Below are positions 51,075 to 60,576 of a DNA stretch of 64,000 bases, in pieces. The first letter of the stretch is position 1; each line of letters opens with the position of its first letter. Below the pieces are notes generated by a model. It saw only the letters and a program-made list of their open reading frames with translations. It was not told the DNA's origin and made no database searches. Made by a program: the position numbers and the translations under genes. Source of the DNA: an uncultured Acidobacteriota bacterium (GTDB lineage: Bacteria > Acidobacteriota > Thermoanaerobaculia > Multivoradales > SZUA-115); the NCBI GenBank assembly GCA_963805975.1, contig CAWDVR010000001.1, forward strand, positions 544,001-608,000. Direction: 5' to 3'.

Positions 51075-51671
51075 ATGCAACGTCGAATTTGGGCATTCTT
51101 GACGGTTTGTGTCTGCGGTCTGGCTCTGGGGGCGGGCTTCGCCACGGCCCAGCAGGGGGGCGCTGCTCCCTCGGCCGAGGAGCAGGCGATGATGGCCGCG
51201 ATGACTCCCGGCGAGCACCATCGCCACCTCGACTCCATGGCGGGAAGCTGGAACACGAAGTTCAAGCTGTGGATGGATCCCAGCCAGCCGCCGATGGAGT
51301 CGGCGGGCACGGCGGAGGCCAAGTGGATCCTGGACGGCCGCTACCTGGAGTCCGTGCACAAGGGCAACATGATGGGCATGCCCTTCGAAGGCCACGGCCT
51401 GGAGGGCTACGACAACCTGGCCAAGGAGTACGTCGGCACCTGGGTGGACAACATGGGCACCGGCATCATGGTCTCCAAAGGGAAGTGCTCGGACGGCGGC
51501 AAGGTCCATACCGGCATCGGCGACACCCTCGACCCGATGACGGGCAAGGCGACGAAGGTCCGCATGGTGACCACGGCCGTCGACGCCAAGTCCTACCGCA
51601 TGGAGATGTACATGACCCCGCAGGGCGGCAGCGAGTTCAAGTCCATGGAGATGGTCGCGACCCGCAAGTAG
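51075..51671 (+). CDS. DUF1579 secreted protein
   Basis: TPGEHH..L..MAGSW, FEGHGLEGYDN, WVDNMGTG. Confidence 0.85.
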   Translation: MQRRIWAFLTVCVCGLALGAGFATAQQGGAAPSAEEQAMMAAMTPGEHHRHLDSMAGSWNTKFKLWMDPSQPPMESAGTAEAKWILDGRYLESVHKGNMMGMPFEGHGLEGYDNLAKEYVGTWVDNMGTGIMVSKGKCSDGGKVHTGIGDTLDPMTGKATKVRMVTTAVDAKSYRMEMYMTPQGGSEFKSMEMVATRK

Positions 51672-51793
51672 GCCCTCCAGGAAGAATCGCCCGGTACGGG
51701 TTGTTTCTCTGGCGTAGAATCGTTTGCAGCCGGCGCGGCTTCCCCTCGTGGGCCCGCCGCGCCGGCCCCGCATCACGAACCGCCGCCATCCCG

Positions 51794-51822
51794 CAGATCC
51801 CGCTTCGTGCTCGGGATGACAG
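51794..51822 (-). repeat. Single degenerate GTCATCC-family REP
   Basis: CAGATCCCGCTTCGTGCTCGGGATGACA resembles 23841-23868. Confidence 0.6.
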
Positions 51823-51839
51823 ACAACCAGGAGGAAGCC

Positions 51840-52271
51840 GTGCCCTACAGCCCCATGTTGGTCAAACCCATGCGTGAAGAGCTGACCTCGATCGGTGTCG
51901 CCGAGCTGCTGACGGCGGCCGACGTCGACGCTTTCATCGCCCAGAAGGAAGGCACCAGCCTGCTGGTCTTCAACTCGGTCTGCGGTTGCGCCGCGGGCAT
52001 GGCCCGGCCGGGCGTGCGACTGGCGCTCGAGAGCCCCCACAAGCCCGACCGGATGGCGTCGGTCTTCGCCGGCCAGGATCTCGAGGCCACGGCCCGCGCC
52101 CGCCAGCACCTCGCCGACATCCCGCCCTCCTCGCCGTCGATCGCCCTGTTCAAGGATGGCGAGCTCGTCCACTTCGTGCCGCGACACCGCATCGAAGGCC
52201 GCGACGCCCTGCAGGTGGCCGACGACCTGATCACCGCCTTCGAGGCGCACGGCGCCCAGGCCGCGGGCTAG
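51840..52271 (+). CDS. BrxA/BrxB family bacilliredoxin
   Basis: VKPMREEL, NSVCGCAAG.ARP, VFAGQD, PPSSPS, RHRIEGR; AGGAGG before GTG. Confidence 0.9.
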   Translation: MPYSPMLVKPMREELTSIGVAELLTAADVDAFIAQKEGTSLLVFNSVCGCAAGMARPGVRLALESPHKPDRMASVFAGQDLEATARARQHLADIPPSSPSIALFKDGELVHFVPRHRIEGRDALQVADDLITAFEAHGAQAAG

Positions 52272-52295
52272 CCCCCTCTTTGCCGGAAGCCACCG

Positions 52296-52568
52296 ATGGG
52301 GACCTTCCACCAGGGCAAGGGCGAGCTCCACGGCATCACCGTGGTGGTGGACACCGCGGGCCCCGAGGTCTACGTGGGCCGTTGCGACGAAGTGCGGCCG
52401 GACGGCGTGGTGCTGCTCGACGGCAACCTGCACCGGGACGGCGCGGACGGCCGGAGCAAGGCCGAGTGGGTGAGCGCCGCCTCGCGCTTCGGGGTGTGGA
52501 AGAAGTTCGACCGCTTCGTGGTGCCCGCCGAGCAGGTGGTCTCGGTGCGCCGCCTCGGAGATCTCTAA
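52296..52568 (+). CDS. Small beta-rich hypothetical protein
   Basis: LHGITVVVDT..VYVGRC; tightly packed in the operon. Confidence 0.75.
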   Translation: MGTFHQGKGELHGITVVVDTAGPEVYVGRCDEVRPDGVVLLDGNLHRDGADGRSKAEWVSAASRFGVWKKFDRFVVPAEQVVSVRRLGDL

Positions 52569-52577
52569 GGAGCCTCG

Positions 52578-54212
52578 ATGCCCAACCGCATCACCCGCAT
52601 CCCGCACCCCGTCAACGAGCCGGTCAGGAGCTACGCGCCGGGCAGCCCGGAGAAGCGCTCGCTCAAAGGTCGGCTCGGCGACATGCTGGCCGACGAGATC
52701 GAGGTCCCGCTGCTGATCGGCGGCAAGGAAGTGCGGACCGGTAACACGGCACGGGCGATCTGCCCGCACGACCACGGCCACGTGGTCGCCAACTTCCACC
52801 AGGCCGGCACTGCCGAGGTGGAGCAGGCGATCGCCGCCGCGGGCCAGGCCTGGCACGAGTGGTCGGAGATGGAGTGGACCGACCGCGCCGCGATCTTCCT
52901 CAAGGCGGCCGAGCTTCTGGCCGGCCCGTGGCGCGACACGCTGAACGCCGCCACCATGCTCAACCAGTCGAAGACCGTGTTCCAGGCGGAGATCGACGCG
53001 GCCTGCGAGCTGATCGACTTCTGGCGCTACAACCCGCACTACATGGCGGAGATCTATGCCGATCAGCCCCTCTCCTCGCCCGGGGTCTGGAACTACGGCG
53101 AGTACCGGGCGCTCGAGGGCTTCGTGTTCGCGGTGACGCCGTTCAATTTCACCTCGATCGGCGGCAACCTGCCGACCGCGCCGGCGTTGATGGGCAACAC
53201 GGTGCTGTGGAAGCCGGCCTCGACGGCGGTGGTCTCGGCCTACTACATCGCCAAGCTCCTCGAAGAGGCCGGTCTCCCTCCCGGGGTCATCAACTTCGTT
53301 CCGGGCAGCGGCAGCAAGGTCGGCAACCCGGTGCTCGCCAGCCGCGAGCTCGCGGGCATCCACTTCACCGGCTCGACGGCGGTGTTCAACGGCATGTGGC
53401 GCACCATGGCCGGGAACCTCGAGAGCTACCGCGGCTACCCGCGCATCGTGGGCGAGACCGGTGGCAAGGACTTCGTTTTCGCCCATCCCTCGGCCGACCG
53501 GCAGGCACTGGTGACGGCCCTGGTACGCGGCGCCTTCGAGTACCAGGGGCAGAAATGCTCGGCGGCGTCCCGTGCCTACGTGCCGAAGTCGCTCTGGGAC
53601 GGCGGCGTGCGCGACAGCCTGGCCGATCAGGTGGAGTCCCTCACCATGGGCAGCCCGCTCGACTTCCGCAACTTCATGGCGGCGGTGATCGACGAGGCCT
53701 CGTTCGACAACACCATGAGCTACATCGAGCACGCCAGGGGCGCGGCCGGCTTCGAGATCATCGCCGGCGGCCGGGGCGACAAGTCGGAAGGCTACTTCGT
53801 GCGCCCGACAGTGATCCGCTCGGACGATCCGTCCTCGAAGCTGATGTGCGAGGAGATCTTCGCGCCGGTCCTGACCGTGCACGTCTACGCGGACTCGGAG
53901 GTCGACGCCGCGGTGGAGCGCTGCAACACGACCGGGCCGTACGCCCTGACCGGCGCGGTCTTCGCCCAGGACCGGAAGGTGATCGTCGAGCTGGCCACGA
54001 AGCTCCGGCACGCGGCGGGCAACTTCTACATCAACGACAAGCCGACGGGCGCGGTGGTGGGGCAGCAGCCTTTCGGAGGCTCGCGCGCCTCGGGCACCAA
54101 CGACAAGGCGGGCTCGAAGGCGAACCTGATGCGCTGGGTGTCGCAGCGTTCGATCAAGGAGACTTTCGTCCCGCCCACGGACTATCGCTACCTGTTCATG
54201 GGGGAGGAGTAG
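52578..54212 (+). CDS. pruA: 1-pyrroline-5-carboxylate dehydrogenase
   Basis: PFNFTSI, FTGS, GETGGK, EYQGQKCSAASR, EEIF, NDKPTGAVVGQQPFGG. Confidence 0.95.
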   Translation: MPNRITRIPHPVNEPVRSYAPGSPEKRSLKGRLGDMLADEIEVPLLIGGKEVRTGNTARAICPHDHGHVVANFHQAGTAEVEQAIAAAGQAWHEWSEMEWTDRAAIFLKAAELLAGPWRDTLNAATMLNQSKTVFQAEIDAACELIDFWRYNPHYMAEIYADQPLSSPGVWNYGEYRALEGFVFAVTPFNFTSIGGNLPTAPALMGNTVLWKPASTAVVSAYYIAKLLEEAGLPPGVINFVPGSGSKVGNPVLASRELAGIHFTGSTAVFNGMWRTMAGNLESYRGYPRIVGETGGKDFVFAHPSADRQALVTALVRGAFEYQGQKCSAASRAYVPKSLWDGGVRDSLADQVESLTMGSPLDFRNFMAAVIDEASFDNTMSYIEHARGAAGFEIIAGGRGDKSEGYFVRPTVIRSDDPSSKLMCEEIFAPVLTVHVYADSEVDAAVERCNTTGPYALTGAVFAQDRKVIVELATKLRHAAGNFYINDKPTGAVVGQQPFGGSRASGTNDKAGSKANLMRWVSQRSIKETFVPPTDYRYLFMGEE

Positions 54213-54221
54213 CCGGGCCGC

Positions 54222-54257
54222 GTGACGTTTGTCACCCGAAGAGGTTACGTTCGCCTC
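54222..54257 (+). promoter_or_regulatory. Candidate DesR/NarL-type operator pair
   Basis: Palindrome GTGAC-GTTT-GTCAC and a degenerate copy GTTACGTTCGCCTC 22 bp downstream, ahead of the ABC operon. Confidence 0.6.
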
Positions 54258-54311
54258 TAACCCAGACCGGCCTTCGGGTCCGAGAATCGTCCTCGTCAGA
54301 AGGAGGACGAA

Positions 54312-55262
54312 ATGGACCCGACCCGCAATCAAGCTGTCGCCGAGCTCCCCGTCGCCCAGCCCCCTGTCGCCGAGCTACGGGGCGCAACCAAGAAATACGG
54401 CTCGATCACCGCTCTGGACGGCGTCGACCTCGCGCTGCGGCGCGGCGAGGTGACGGCGCTCCTGGGCCCGAACGGCGCCGGCAAGACCACCGCCGTCAAG
54501 CTGCTGCTCGGCCTGGTGCGGCCCACGGCCGGCCGGGCGCGGCTCTTCGGCCGCGACCCCTGGAGCACCGAGGCCCGCGTGCGCGCCGGCGCCATGCTGC
54601 AGGTCTCGAAGGTGCCGGAGACGCTCCGCGTCCGCGAGCATCTCGACCTCTTCCGCAGCTACTACCCGCGGCCCATGCCGCTCGACGAGCTGGTGGAGGT
54701 CGCCGGCCTCGCCGGGCTCGAAGGGCGCCTCTACGGCAAGCTCTCGGGCGGGCAGAAGCAGCGCCTGGCCTTCGCCCTGGCGCTCTGCGGCGACCCCGAG
54801 CTGCTCTTTCTCGACGAGCCCACGGTGGGGCTCGACGTGGAGGCGCGGCGCGGCTTCTGGGGCGAGGTCCGGCGCCTGGCCGGCGCCGGCCGCACCCTGC
54901 TCCTGACCACGCACTACCTGGAAGAGGCCGACTCGCTCGCCGACCGGGTGGTGGTGCTGCAGCAGGGCCGCATCGTGGCCGACGGCACGCCGGCCGAGAT
55001 CAAGGCGCGGGCCGCGGCGCGCAAGGTGCGCTGCGTCACCCGCGTGGCGGTGGCCGACGTGCTCTGCTGGCCGGGGGTGGCGAGCGCGTCCCGCGACCGC
55101 GGTGTGCTGGAGATCCTCGCCACCGACGCCGACTCCGTGGTGCGCGAGCTGCTCGCCCGCGATCCCGGCCTCTCCGGCCTCGAGGTCCTGAACGCCGGCC
55201 TCGAGGAAGCCTTCCTCGCCCTCACCCAAGAGCATCGCCACTTCGAGAAAGGGGCCGCCTGA
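54312..55262 (+). CDS. ABC-2 exporter ATP-binding subunit
   Basis: GPNGAGKT, LSGGQ, LFLDEP, TTH. Confidence 0.94.
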   Translation: MDPTRNQAVAELPVAQPPVAELRGATKKYGSITALDGVDLALRRGEVTALLGPNGAGKTTAVKLLLGLVRPTAGRARLFGRDPWSTEARVRAGAMLQVSKVPETLRVREHLDLFRSYYPRPMPLDELVEVAGLAGLEGRLYGKLSGGQKQRLAFALALCGDPELLFLDEPTVGLDVEARRGFWGEVRRLAGAGRTLLLTTHYLEEADSLADRVVVLQQGRIVADGTPAEIKARAAARKVRCVTRVAVADVLCWPGVASASRDRGVLEILATDADSVVRELLARDPGLSGLEVLNAGLEEAFLALTQEHRHFEKGAA

Positions 55263-56065
55263 TGACCACGCTCGCCGCCGTTGCCGATGCTCCGGGCTCG
55301 CGGAGCCTGCTGCGGATCTATCTCCTGGAAGCGAAGTACGAGTTCCTGAAGGTGCTGCGCCTGCCGGGATACGTCCTGCCCACGCTTACCTTCCCGCTGA
55401 TGTTCTACCTGCTCTTCGGCGTCGCCTTCGGCGCCGCGAAGGTGGTGGGGCAGGTGAACATGGCGACCTACCTGCTCCCCACCTACGGCGCGTTCGGCGT
55501 CATCGGCGCCTCGCTCTTCGGCTTCGGCGTGGGGGTCGCGGTAGAACGTGGGCAGGGGTGGATGCTTCTCAAGCGCGCCAGCCCGATGCCGCCTGCCGCC
55601 TACTTCTTCGCCAAGATCGTCATGGCGATGCTCTTCGGCGCCTTGATCATCCTCGGCCTCTTCGCTCTTGGCGCCGGTGCGGGTGGCGTCCGCCTGCCGG
55701 CGCTGACCTGGCTGGCGCTCGGTGGCACGCTGGTGGCGGGCGCGCTGCCGTTCTGCGCCTTCGGGCTGGTGATCGGCAGCTTCGCCGGTCCCAACTCGGC
55801 CCCGGCGCTGGTCAACCTCGTGTACCTGCCGATGGGCTTCGCGTCGGGGTTGTGGATCCCGGTCGACATGTTGCCCGGCTTCTTCCAGAAGCTCGCGGTC
55901 ACGCTGCCGGCCTATCACTACGGCCAGCTCGCGCTCCTCAACCTGGATGCCGCCCGCGGCACGTCGGCCGTCGGCCACCTGATCTATCTCGCGGTTTTCA
56001 CCGTAGTTTGTCTGGTGGTGGCGAGCATCGGGCTCCGCCGCAATGAGGACCGGGCGTACGGCTAG
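55262..56065 (+). CDS. ABC-2 exporter permease
   Basis: Six TM helices; VERGQGW, SGLWIP; TGATG coupling. Confidence 0.9.
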   Translation: MTTLAAVADAPGSRSLLRIYLLEAKYEFLKVLRLPGYVLPTLTFPLMFYLLFGVAFGAAKVVGQVNMATYLLPTYGAFGVIGASLFGFGVGVAVERGQGWMLLKRASPMPPAAYFFAKIVMAMLFGALIILGLFALGAGAGGVRLPALTWLALGGTLVAGALPFCAFGLVIGSFAGPNSAPALVNLVYLPMGFASGLWIPVDMLPGFFQKLAVTLPAYHYGQLALLNLDAARGTSAVGHLIYLAVFTVVCLVVASIGLRRNEDRAYG

Positions 56066-56098
56066 GATAGCCCTGCCCATCGATTCGAGGAGACTGAC

Positions 56099-57940
56099 AT
56101 GGCTATCGAGACAAGGTCTGTCGCCCGGCCGCTGCGGCGAGCCCTGGCGGGCGTGCTCGCCGCCCTGGCGCTGGCTGTAGCGCCCGGGGTGTGGGCGCCC
56201 GGGGCTGGGGCGGCCGAAGAGGGAACGGCCGAGAAGGTGATCGCGGTCGTGAACGCCCGGCTGTTCGACGGCGAGAAGGTGGTGCCGCGGGCCACGGTGG
56301 TGTTCTCGACCGCCGGCAAGGTGCTGGCCGTGGGGCCGGAGGTCCAGCCGCCGGCCGGAGCGGAGGTGATCGACGGCAGCGGCCGCACGCTCTTGCCGGG
56401 CTTGATCGACGCCCACACCCACTCCTTTCTGGGGGCGCTCGAACGGGCGCTGGTCTTCGGCGTGACCACGAACCTCGACATGATGACCGACCCGACCTGG
56501 GCCGCGGCCCGGCGCCGGGAGCAGGCCGAGGGCAAGGCCACGGGCCGCGCCGACCTGTTCTCGGCCAGCACCCTGGTGACCGCCCCCGGCGGCCACGGCA
56601 CACAGTTCGGGGTGGTGATCCCGACGCTCGCCAGGCCCGAGGACGCGGAGGCGTTCGTTGCCGCCCGCATCGCCGAGGGGGCGGACTACGTGAAGATCGT
56701 CTCCGAGGACGGCTCGCAGTTCGGCGGCCGCCTCGGTGCGCTCGACCGGCCCACCATCGCGGCGGCGATCGTCGCTGCCCAGAAGCAGGGCAAGCTCGCC
56801 GTGGTCCACGTCAGCACCTTCGGCCGCGCGCAGGAGGCGATCGCCGACGGTGCGAACGGGCTCGTCCACCTCTTCCTGGACAAGCCTGCGGATCTGGCCA
56901 TGGCACGGCTCACCGGCGAGCGCCACGCCTTCGTGATCCCGACGCTGGTGGTGCTCGAAGGCATGACCGGCAAGGCCGGGGGCGCCTCTCTCACGACCGA
57001 TCCCCGCACCCAGCCGTACCTGACGGTGGCCGAGGTGCAGAACCTGAAGCAGATGTTCCCGCGCCACGGTGAGACCCGGCTCGACCCGGCCCTCGAGACC
57101 GTGCGCCTGATGAAGGCCGCCGGCGTGCCGATCCTCGCCGGCAGCGACGCGCCCAATCCAGGCACCGCGCACGGTTCGGCCCTGCACCGCGAGCTGGAGC
57201 TGCTGGTCCAGGCCGGCCTCACGCCGGCCGAAGCCCTGGCCGCCGCCACCTCGGTGCCTGCCCGCGAGTTCGGGCTGGCGGACCGCGGCCGGGTTGCGCC
57301 CGGCCTGGTGGCGGACCTGCTCCTGGTCGAGGGCGACCCGACCCAGGACGTCACGGCCACGCGGGCGATCCGCAACGTCTGGAAGCGAGGTCACGCCGTG
57401 GACCGGCCGCTCCAGGATGCGGCGCCCGCCGAGGCGCCCAAGCTGGCGGCCGGCCTGGTGAGCGACTTCGACGGCGACGAGGTGAGTGCCACGACGGGGG
57501 TGGGCTGGGTGACCTCCACGGATCAGTTCCGCGGCGGGACCTCGACCGCGGCGATCGAGCTCACCGCGGGCGGAGCGGCCGGGAGCAAGGGCTCGCTCGC
57601 GGTGAGCGGCGAGATCCGTGCCGGCTTCGCCTTCCCCTGGGCCGGTGCGATGTACTTTCCCGGCGCCGCGGCCATGGCGCCGGTCGATGCCTCCGGCCTG
57701 CGGGAGCTGGTGTTCTGGGCGCGAGGCGAGGGCGGGACCTTCCGGGTGATGGCGCTCTCGGGCAGCGCGGCCGTACCGTCCATGCAGACCTTCGAGGTCG
57801 GGCCCGAGTGGCGCGAGGTGGTGCTGCAGCTCTCCAGCTTCTCCGGCATGGACCCCAGGGCGCTCCTCGGCCTGCTGTTCTCGGCGAGCAGCTCGCCGGG
57901 CCCGTTCCGGTTCCAGATCGACGACATCCGGCTGCGCTAG
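56099..57940 (+). CDS. Secreted amidohydrolase with a C-terminal CIA30/CBM11-like domain
   Basis: PGLIDAHTH, VVH, LVH, AGSDA; tail VSDFD..W..STD..GG.S..FQIDDIRL. Confidence 0.85.
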   Translation: MAIETRSVARPLRRALAGVLAALALAVAPGVWAPGAGAAEEGTAEKVIAVVNARLFDGEKVVPRATVVFSTAGKVLAVGPEVQPPAGAEVIDGSGRTLLPGLIDAHTHSFLGALERALVFGVTTNLDMMTDPTWAAARRREQAEGKATGRADLFSASTLVTAPGGHGTQFGVVIPTLARPEDAEAFVAARIAEGADYVKIVSEDGSQFGGRLGALDRPTIAAAIVAAQKQGKLAVVHVSTFGRAQEAIADGANGLVHLFLDKPADLAMARLTGERHAFVIPTLVVLEGMTGKAGGASLTTDPRTQPYLTVAEVQNLKQMFPRHGETRLDPALETVRLMKAAGVPILAGSDAPNPGTAHGSALHRELELLVQAGLTPAEALAAATSVPAREFGLADRGRVAPGLVADLLLVEGDPTQDVTATRAIRNVWKRGHAVDRPLQDAAPAEAPKLAAGLVSDFDGDEVSATTGVGWVTSTDQFRGGTSTAAIELTAGGAAGSKGSLAVSGEIRAGFAFPWAGAMYFPGAAAMAPVDASGLRELVFWARGEGGTFRVMALSGSAAVPSMQTFEVGPEWREVVLQLSSFSGMDPRALLGLLFSASSSPGPFRFQIDDIRLR

Positions 57941-57958
57941 GCGCCGGACCCTCGAGCC

Positions 57959-59077
57959 ATGCGCCTGCTCCCCAAAGACCCCGAGATCGGCTGGACGCCC
58001 TACGTCTGGCTGGTCTATCTCGTCCAGTTTCCCGTCCACCTGCTGTTCGAAGAGGCCGGTGCGCTCGAATGGGCGCTGACCGTCGCCGCGCTGGCGATCT
58101 TCCTCGTCCTCTACTTCCGCGGCTTCTGGCTCGACGGCCGGCGGCTGCTGGTGGTGATCGCCGCCATCGCCCTCCTCGGCATCTCCTTCTCGCCGTTCAA
58201 CCCGGGAGCGGTGGTGTTCTTCATCTACGCCGGCGCCTTCGCCGCGCATGCGGGTCCGCCGCGCCTTGCCTGGCGCGTACTGCTCGCTCTGGAGCTGGTG
58301 CTCGCCCTCGAGACCTGGCTGGCCCCGATCCGGCTCCTGTGGGCGGTCCCCGGCCTGCTCTTCACCGTGCTGATCGGCGCGATCAACATCTTCTACCGCG
58401 AGCGCAGCCTCGCCTCGGCCAAGCTCAGGCTGGCGCAGGAGGAGGTGGAGCGGCTGGCGACCATGGCCGAGCGCGAGCGCATCGGCCGCGACCTGCACGA
58501 CCTGCTGGGGCACACGCTGTCGGTGATCACCCTCAAGTCCGAGCTCGCGGCGCGGCTCGCCCTCACGCAGCCGGAGCGGGCGCAGCGCGAGATGCGGGAG
58601 GTGGAGCGCATCGCGCGCCAGTCCATGGGCGAGGTGCGGGAGGCGGTGCGCGGCTTCCGCGCCGCCGGCCTCGAGGCCGAGCTCGCCAATGCCCACCTCG
58701 CCTGCGAGGCGGCCGGGGTGGCGCTCAGCATCGAGCGGGACGAGGTCGCGCCCGGCGCCAACGCGCTGGGCGCCAGGCAGGAGAACGCCCTGGCTCTCGC
58801 GTTGCGCGAGGCGGTGACCAACGTGGTGCGCCACGCCGGCGCGAGCCGCTGCCGCGTGCGCCTCTCGAAGGCCGGCGAGGAGGTCGTGCTGACGGTCGGC
58901 GACGACGGCCGCGGCGGCGCTCCGTCCGAGGGCTCCGGGCTCGCCGGCATGCGCGAGCGCATCGCGGCGCTGGGCGGCACCGTGACCCGCGACGGCACCC
59001 GCGGCACCCGGGTCGAGGTGCGGTTGCCCGCTTTCTCAGGCCCGGTGGCTCCGGCCCGGCTGCGGAGCGCCGGCTGA
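57959..59077 (+). CDS. DesK-like sensor histidine kinase (HisKA_3)
   Basis: ERERIGRDLHDLLGH, REAVTNVVRH, DDGRG, GSGLAGM. Confidence 0.93.
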   Translation: MRLLPKDPEIGWTPYVWLVYLVQFPVHLLFEEAGALEWALTVAALAIFLVLYFRGFWLDGRRLLVVIAAIALLGISFSPFNPGAVVFFIYAGAFAAHAGPPRLAWRVLLALELVLALETWLAPIRLLWAVPGLLFTVLIGAINIFYRERSLASAKLRLAQEEVERLATMAERERIGRDLHDLLGHTLSVITLKSELAARLALTQPERAQREMREVERIARQSMGEVREAVRGFRAAGLEAELANAHLACEAAGVALSIERDEVAPGANALGARQENALALALREAVTNVVRHAGASRCRVRLSKAGEEVVLTVGDDGRGGAPSEGSGLAGMRERIAALGGTVTRDGTRGTRVEVRLPAFSGPVAPARLRSAG

Positions 59078-59679
59078 TGATCCGCGTGCTCCTGGCCGAG
59101 GACCAGGCCCTGGTGCGCGGCGCGCTCGCCGCCCTGCTCGAGACCGAGGGCGACTTCGAGGTGGTGGGCGAAGCGGCCGACGGCCGGGAGGCGCTGGAGC
59201 TGGCGCTGGCGAGGACGCCGGACGTGGTGGTCACCGACATCGAGATGCCCCACCTGACCGGCCTCGAGGTGGCGGCCGAGCTCCAGGCGCGCGGCTGCAG
59301 CTCCCGGGTGGTGATCGTCACCACCTTCGCCCGTGCCGGCTACCTGCGGCGGGCGCTCGAAGCCGGCGCCGTGGGCTACCTGCTCAAGGACTCGCCGGCC
59401 GCCGAGCTGGCGGCGGCACTGCGTCGGGTCCACGCCGGGGGCCGCGCCATCTCGCCCGAGCTCGCGGCCGAGGCCTGGACCGAGGCCGATCCGCTCTCCG
59501 ACCGCGAGCGCCAGGTGCTGCGCCTGGCGGGGGAGGGGATGACCGGCAGCCGCATCGCCCGCGAGCTCCACCTCTCGGAGGGCACGGTACGCAACTACCT
59601 GTCGGAGGCGGTCGGCAAGCTCGGCGCCGCCAACCGCGTGGAAGCCGCGCGCCTCGCCCGCGAGAAGGGCTGGCTATAG
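59077..59679 (+). CDS. DesR-like NarL/LuxR response regulator
   Basis: LLAEDQ, DIEMP, TTFAR.GY, LSEGTVRNYLS, GWL. Confidence 0.93.
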   Translation: MIRVLLAEDQALVRGALAALLETEGDFEVVGEAADGREALELALARTPDVVVTDIEMPHLTGLEVAAELQARGCSSRVVIVTTFARAGYLRRALEAGAVGYLLKDSPAAELAAALRRVHAGGRAISPELAAEAWTEADPLSDRERQVLRLAGEGMTGSRIARELHLSEGTVRNYLSEAVGKLGAANRVEAARLAREKGWL

Positions 59680-59689
59680 AATCCTGCGC

Positions 59690-60556
59690 ATGGCGCGGAT
59701 CGCCGTACTGGCGGATCTCCACGGCAACGTACCGGCCACGGAAGCGGTGCTCGCCGACCTCGAGCGCCAGCGGGTGGACGAGGTGCTGCTGGGCGGCGAC
59801 CTGGTGGGCCGCGGGCCGCAGGGCGGTGCCGTCGTGCGGCGTCTCGCCGCCACCGGCTGGCGCTCGGTGCGCGGCAACCACGAGGACTACCTGCTCGACT
59901 TCCGCGCCGGACGCGTGCCCGCGGACTGGCTGTTCACCGAAGAGTGGTCGGCGGCGCGCTGGATGGCTTCCGAGCTCTCGGCCAGCGAGTCGGCGTACAT
60001 CGCGGCGCTGCCGTTCTCGCTCAGCTCGGCACTGGCGCCGGGGCTGCGGCTGGTGCACGGCAGCCCGCGCTCGGCCAACGAGGGGCTCGGCCCCTGGACG
60101 GCCGAGCAGGAGCTCTGCGACCACCTCGCCCTGGTGGAGGAGAGCCTGCTGGTCTGCGCGCACACCCATCGCCCGATGGAGCGCCGCGTACCGGGCGGGA
60201 CGGTGGTCAACGTGGGCTCGGTGGGGCTGCCGTTCAACGGCGACCGGCGCGCCCAGTACACGATCTTCGAGCCGACCGAGAGCGGCTGGGAGGTGGAGCT
60301 GCGGGGCGTGCCCTACGATCTCGCCGAGATCTTCGAGATCTACGAGTCCTCGGGCTTCCTCGCGGCGGGCGGCGCCACCGCGCGGCTGCTGCGGCTCGAG
60401 CTCGAGCACGCTCGGCCCTTCCTGGTACCGTTCTTGAAGTGGGCGGAGGCGAGCGCGGTGCGGCCCGAGCCGCAACGCATCCCGGATTTCCTCGATTTCT
60501 TCCGCCCCGAGGAACCGTTGGGCACGTTTTTCGGCCGTCTCGCCGCCCTCGGCTGA
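59690..60556 (+). CDS. Calcineurin-like metallophosphoesterase
   Basis: DLHGN, GDLVG, GNHE, HGSP, HTH, NVGSVG. Confidence 0.9.
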   Translation: MARIAVLADLHGNVPATEAVLADLERQRVDEVLLGGDLVGRGPQGGAVVRRLAATGWRSVRGNHEDYLLDFRAGRVPADWLFTEEWSAARWMASELSASESAYIAALPFSLSSALAPGLRLVHGSPRSANEGLGPWTAEQELCDHLALVEESLLVCAHTHRPMERRVPGGTVVNVGSVGLPFNGDRRAQYTIFEPTESGWEVELRGVPYDLAEIFEIYESSGFLAAGGATARLLRLELEHARPFLVPFLKWAEASAVRPEPQRIPDFLDFFRPEEPLGTFFGRLAALG

Positions 60557-60576
60557 CGGCGTCTTCCGGAGGTTCT

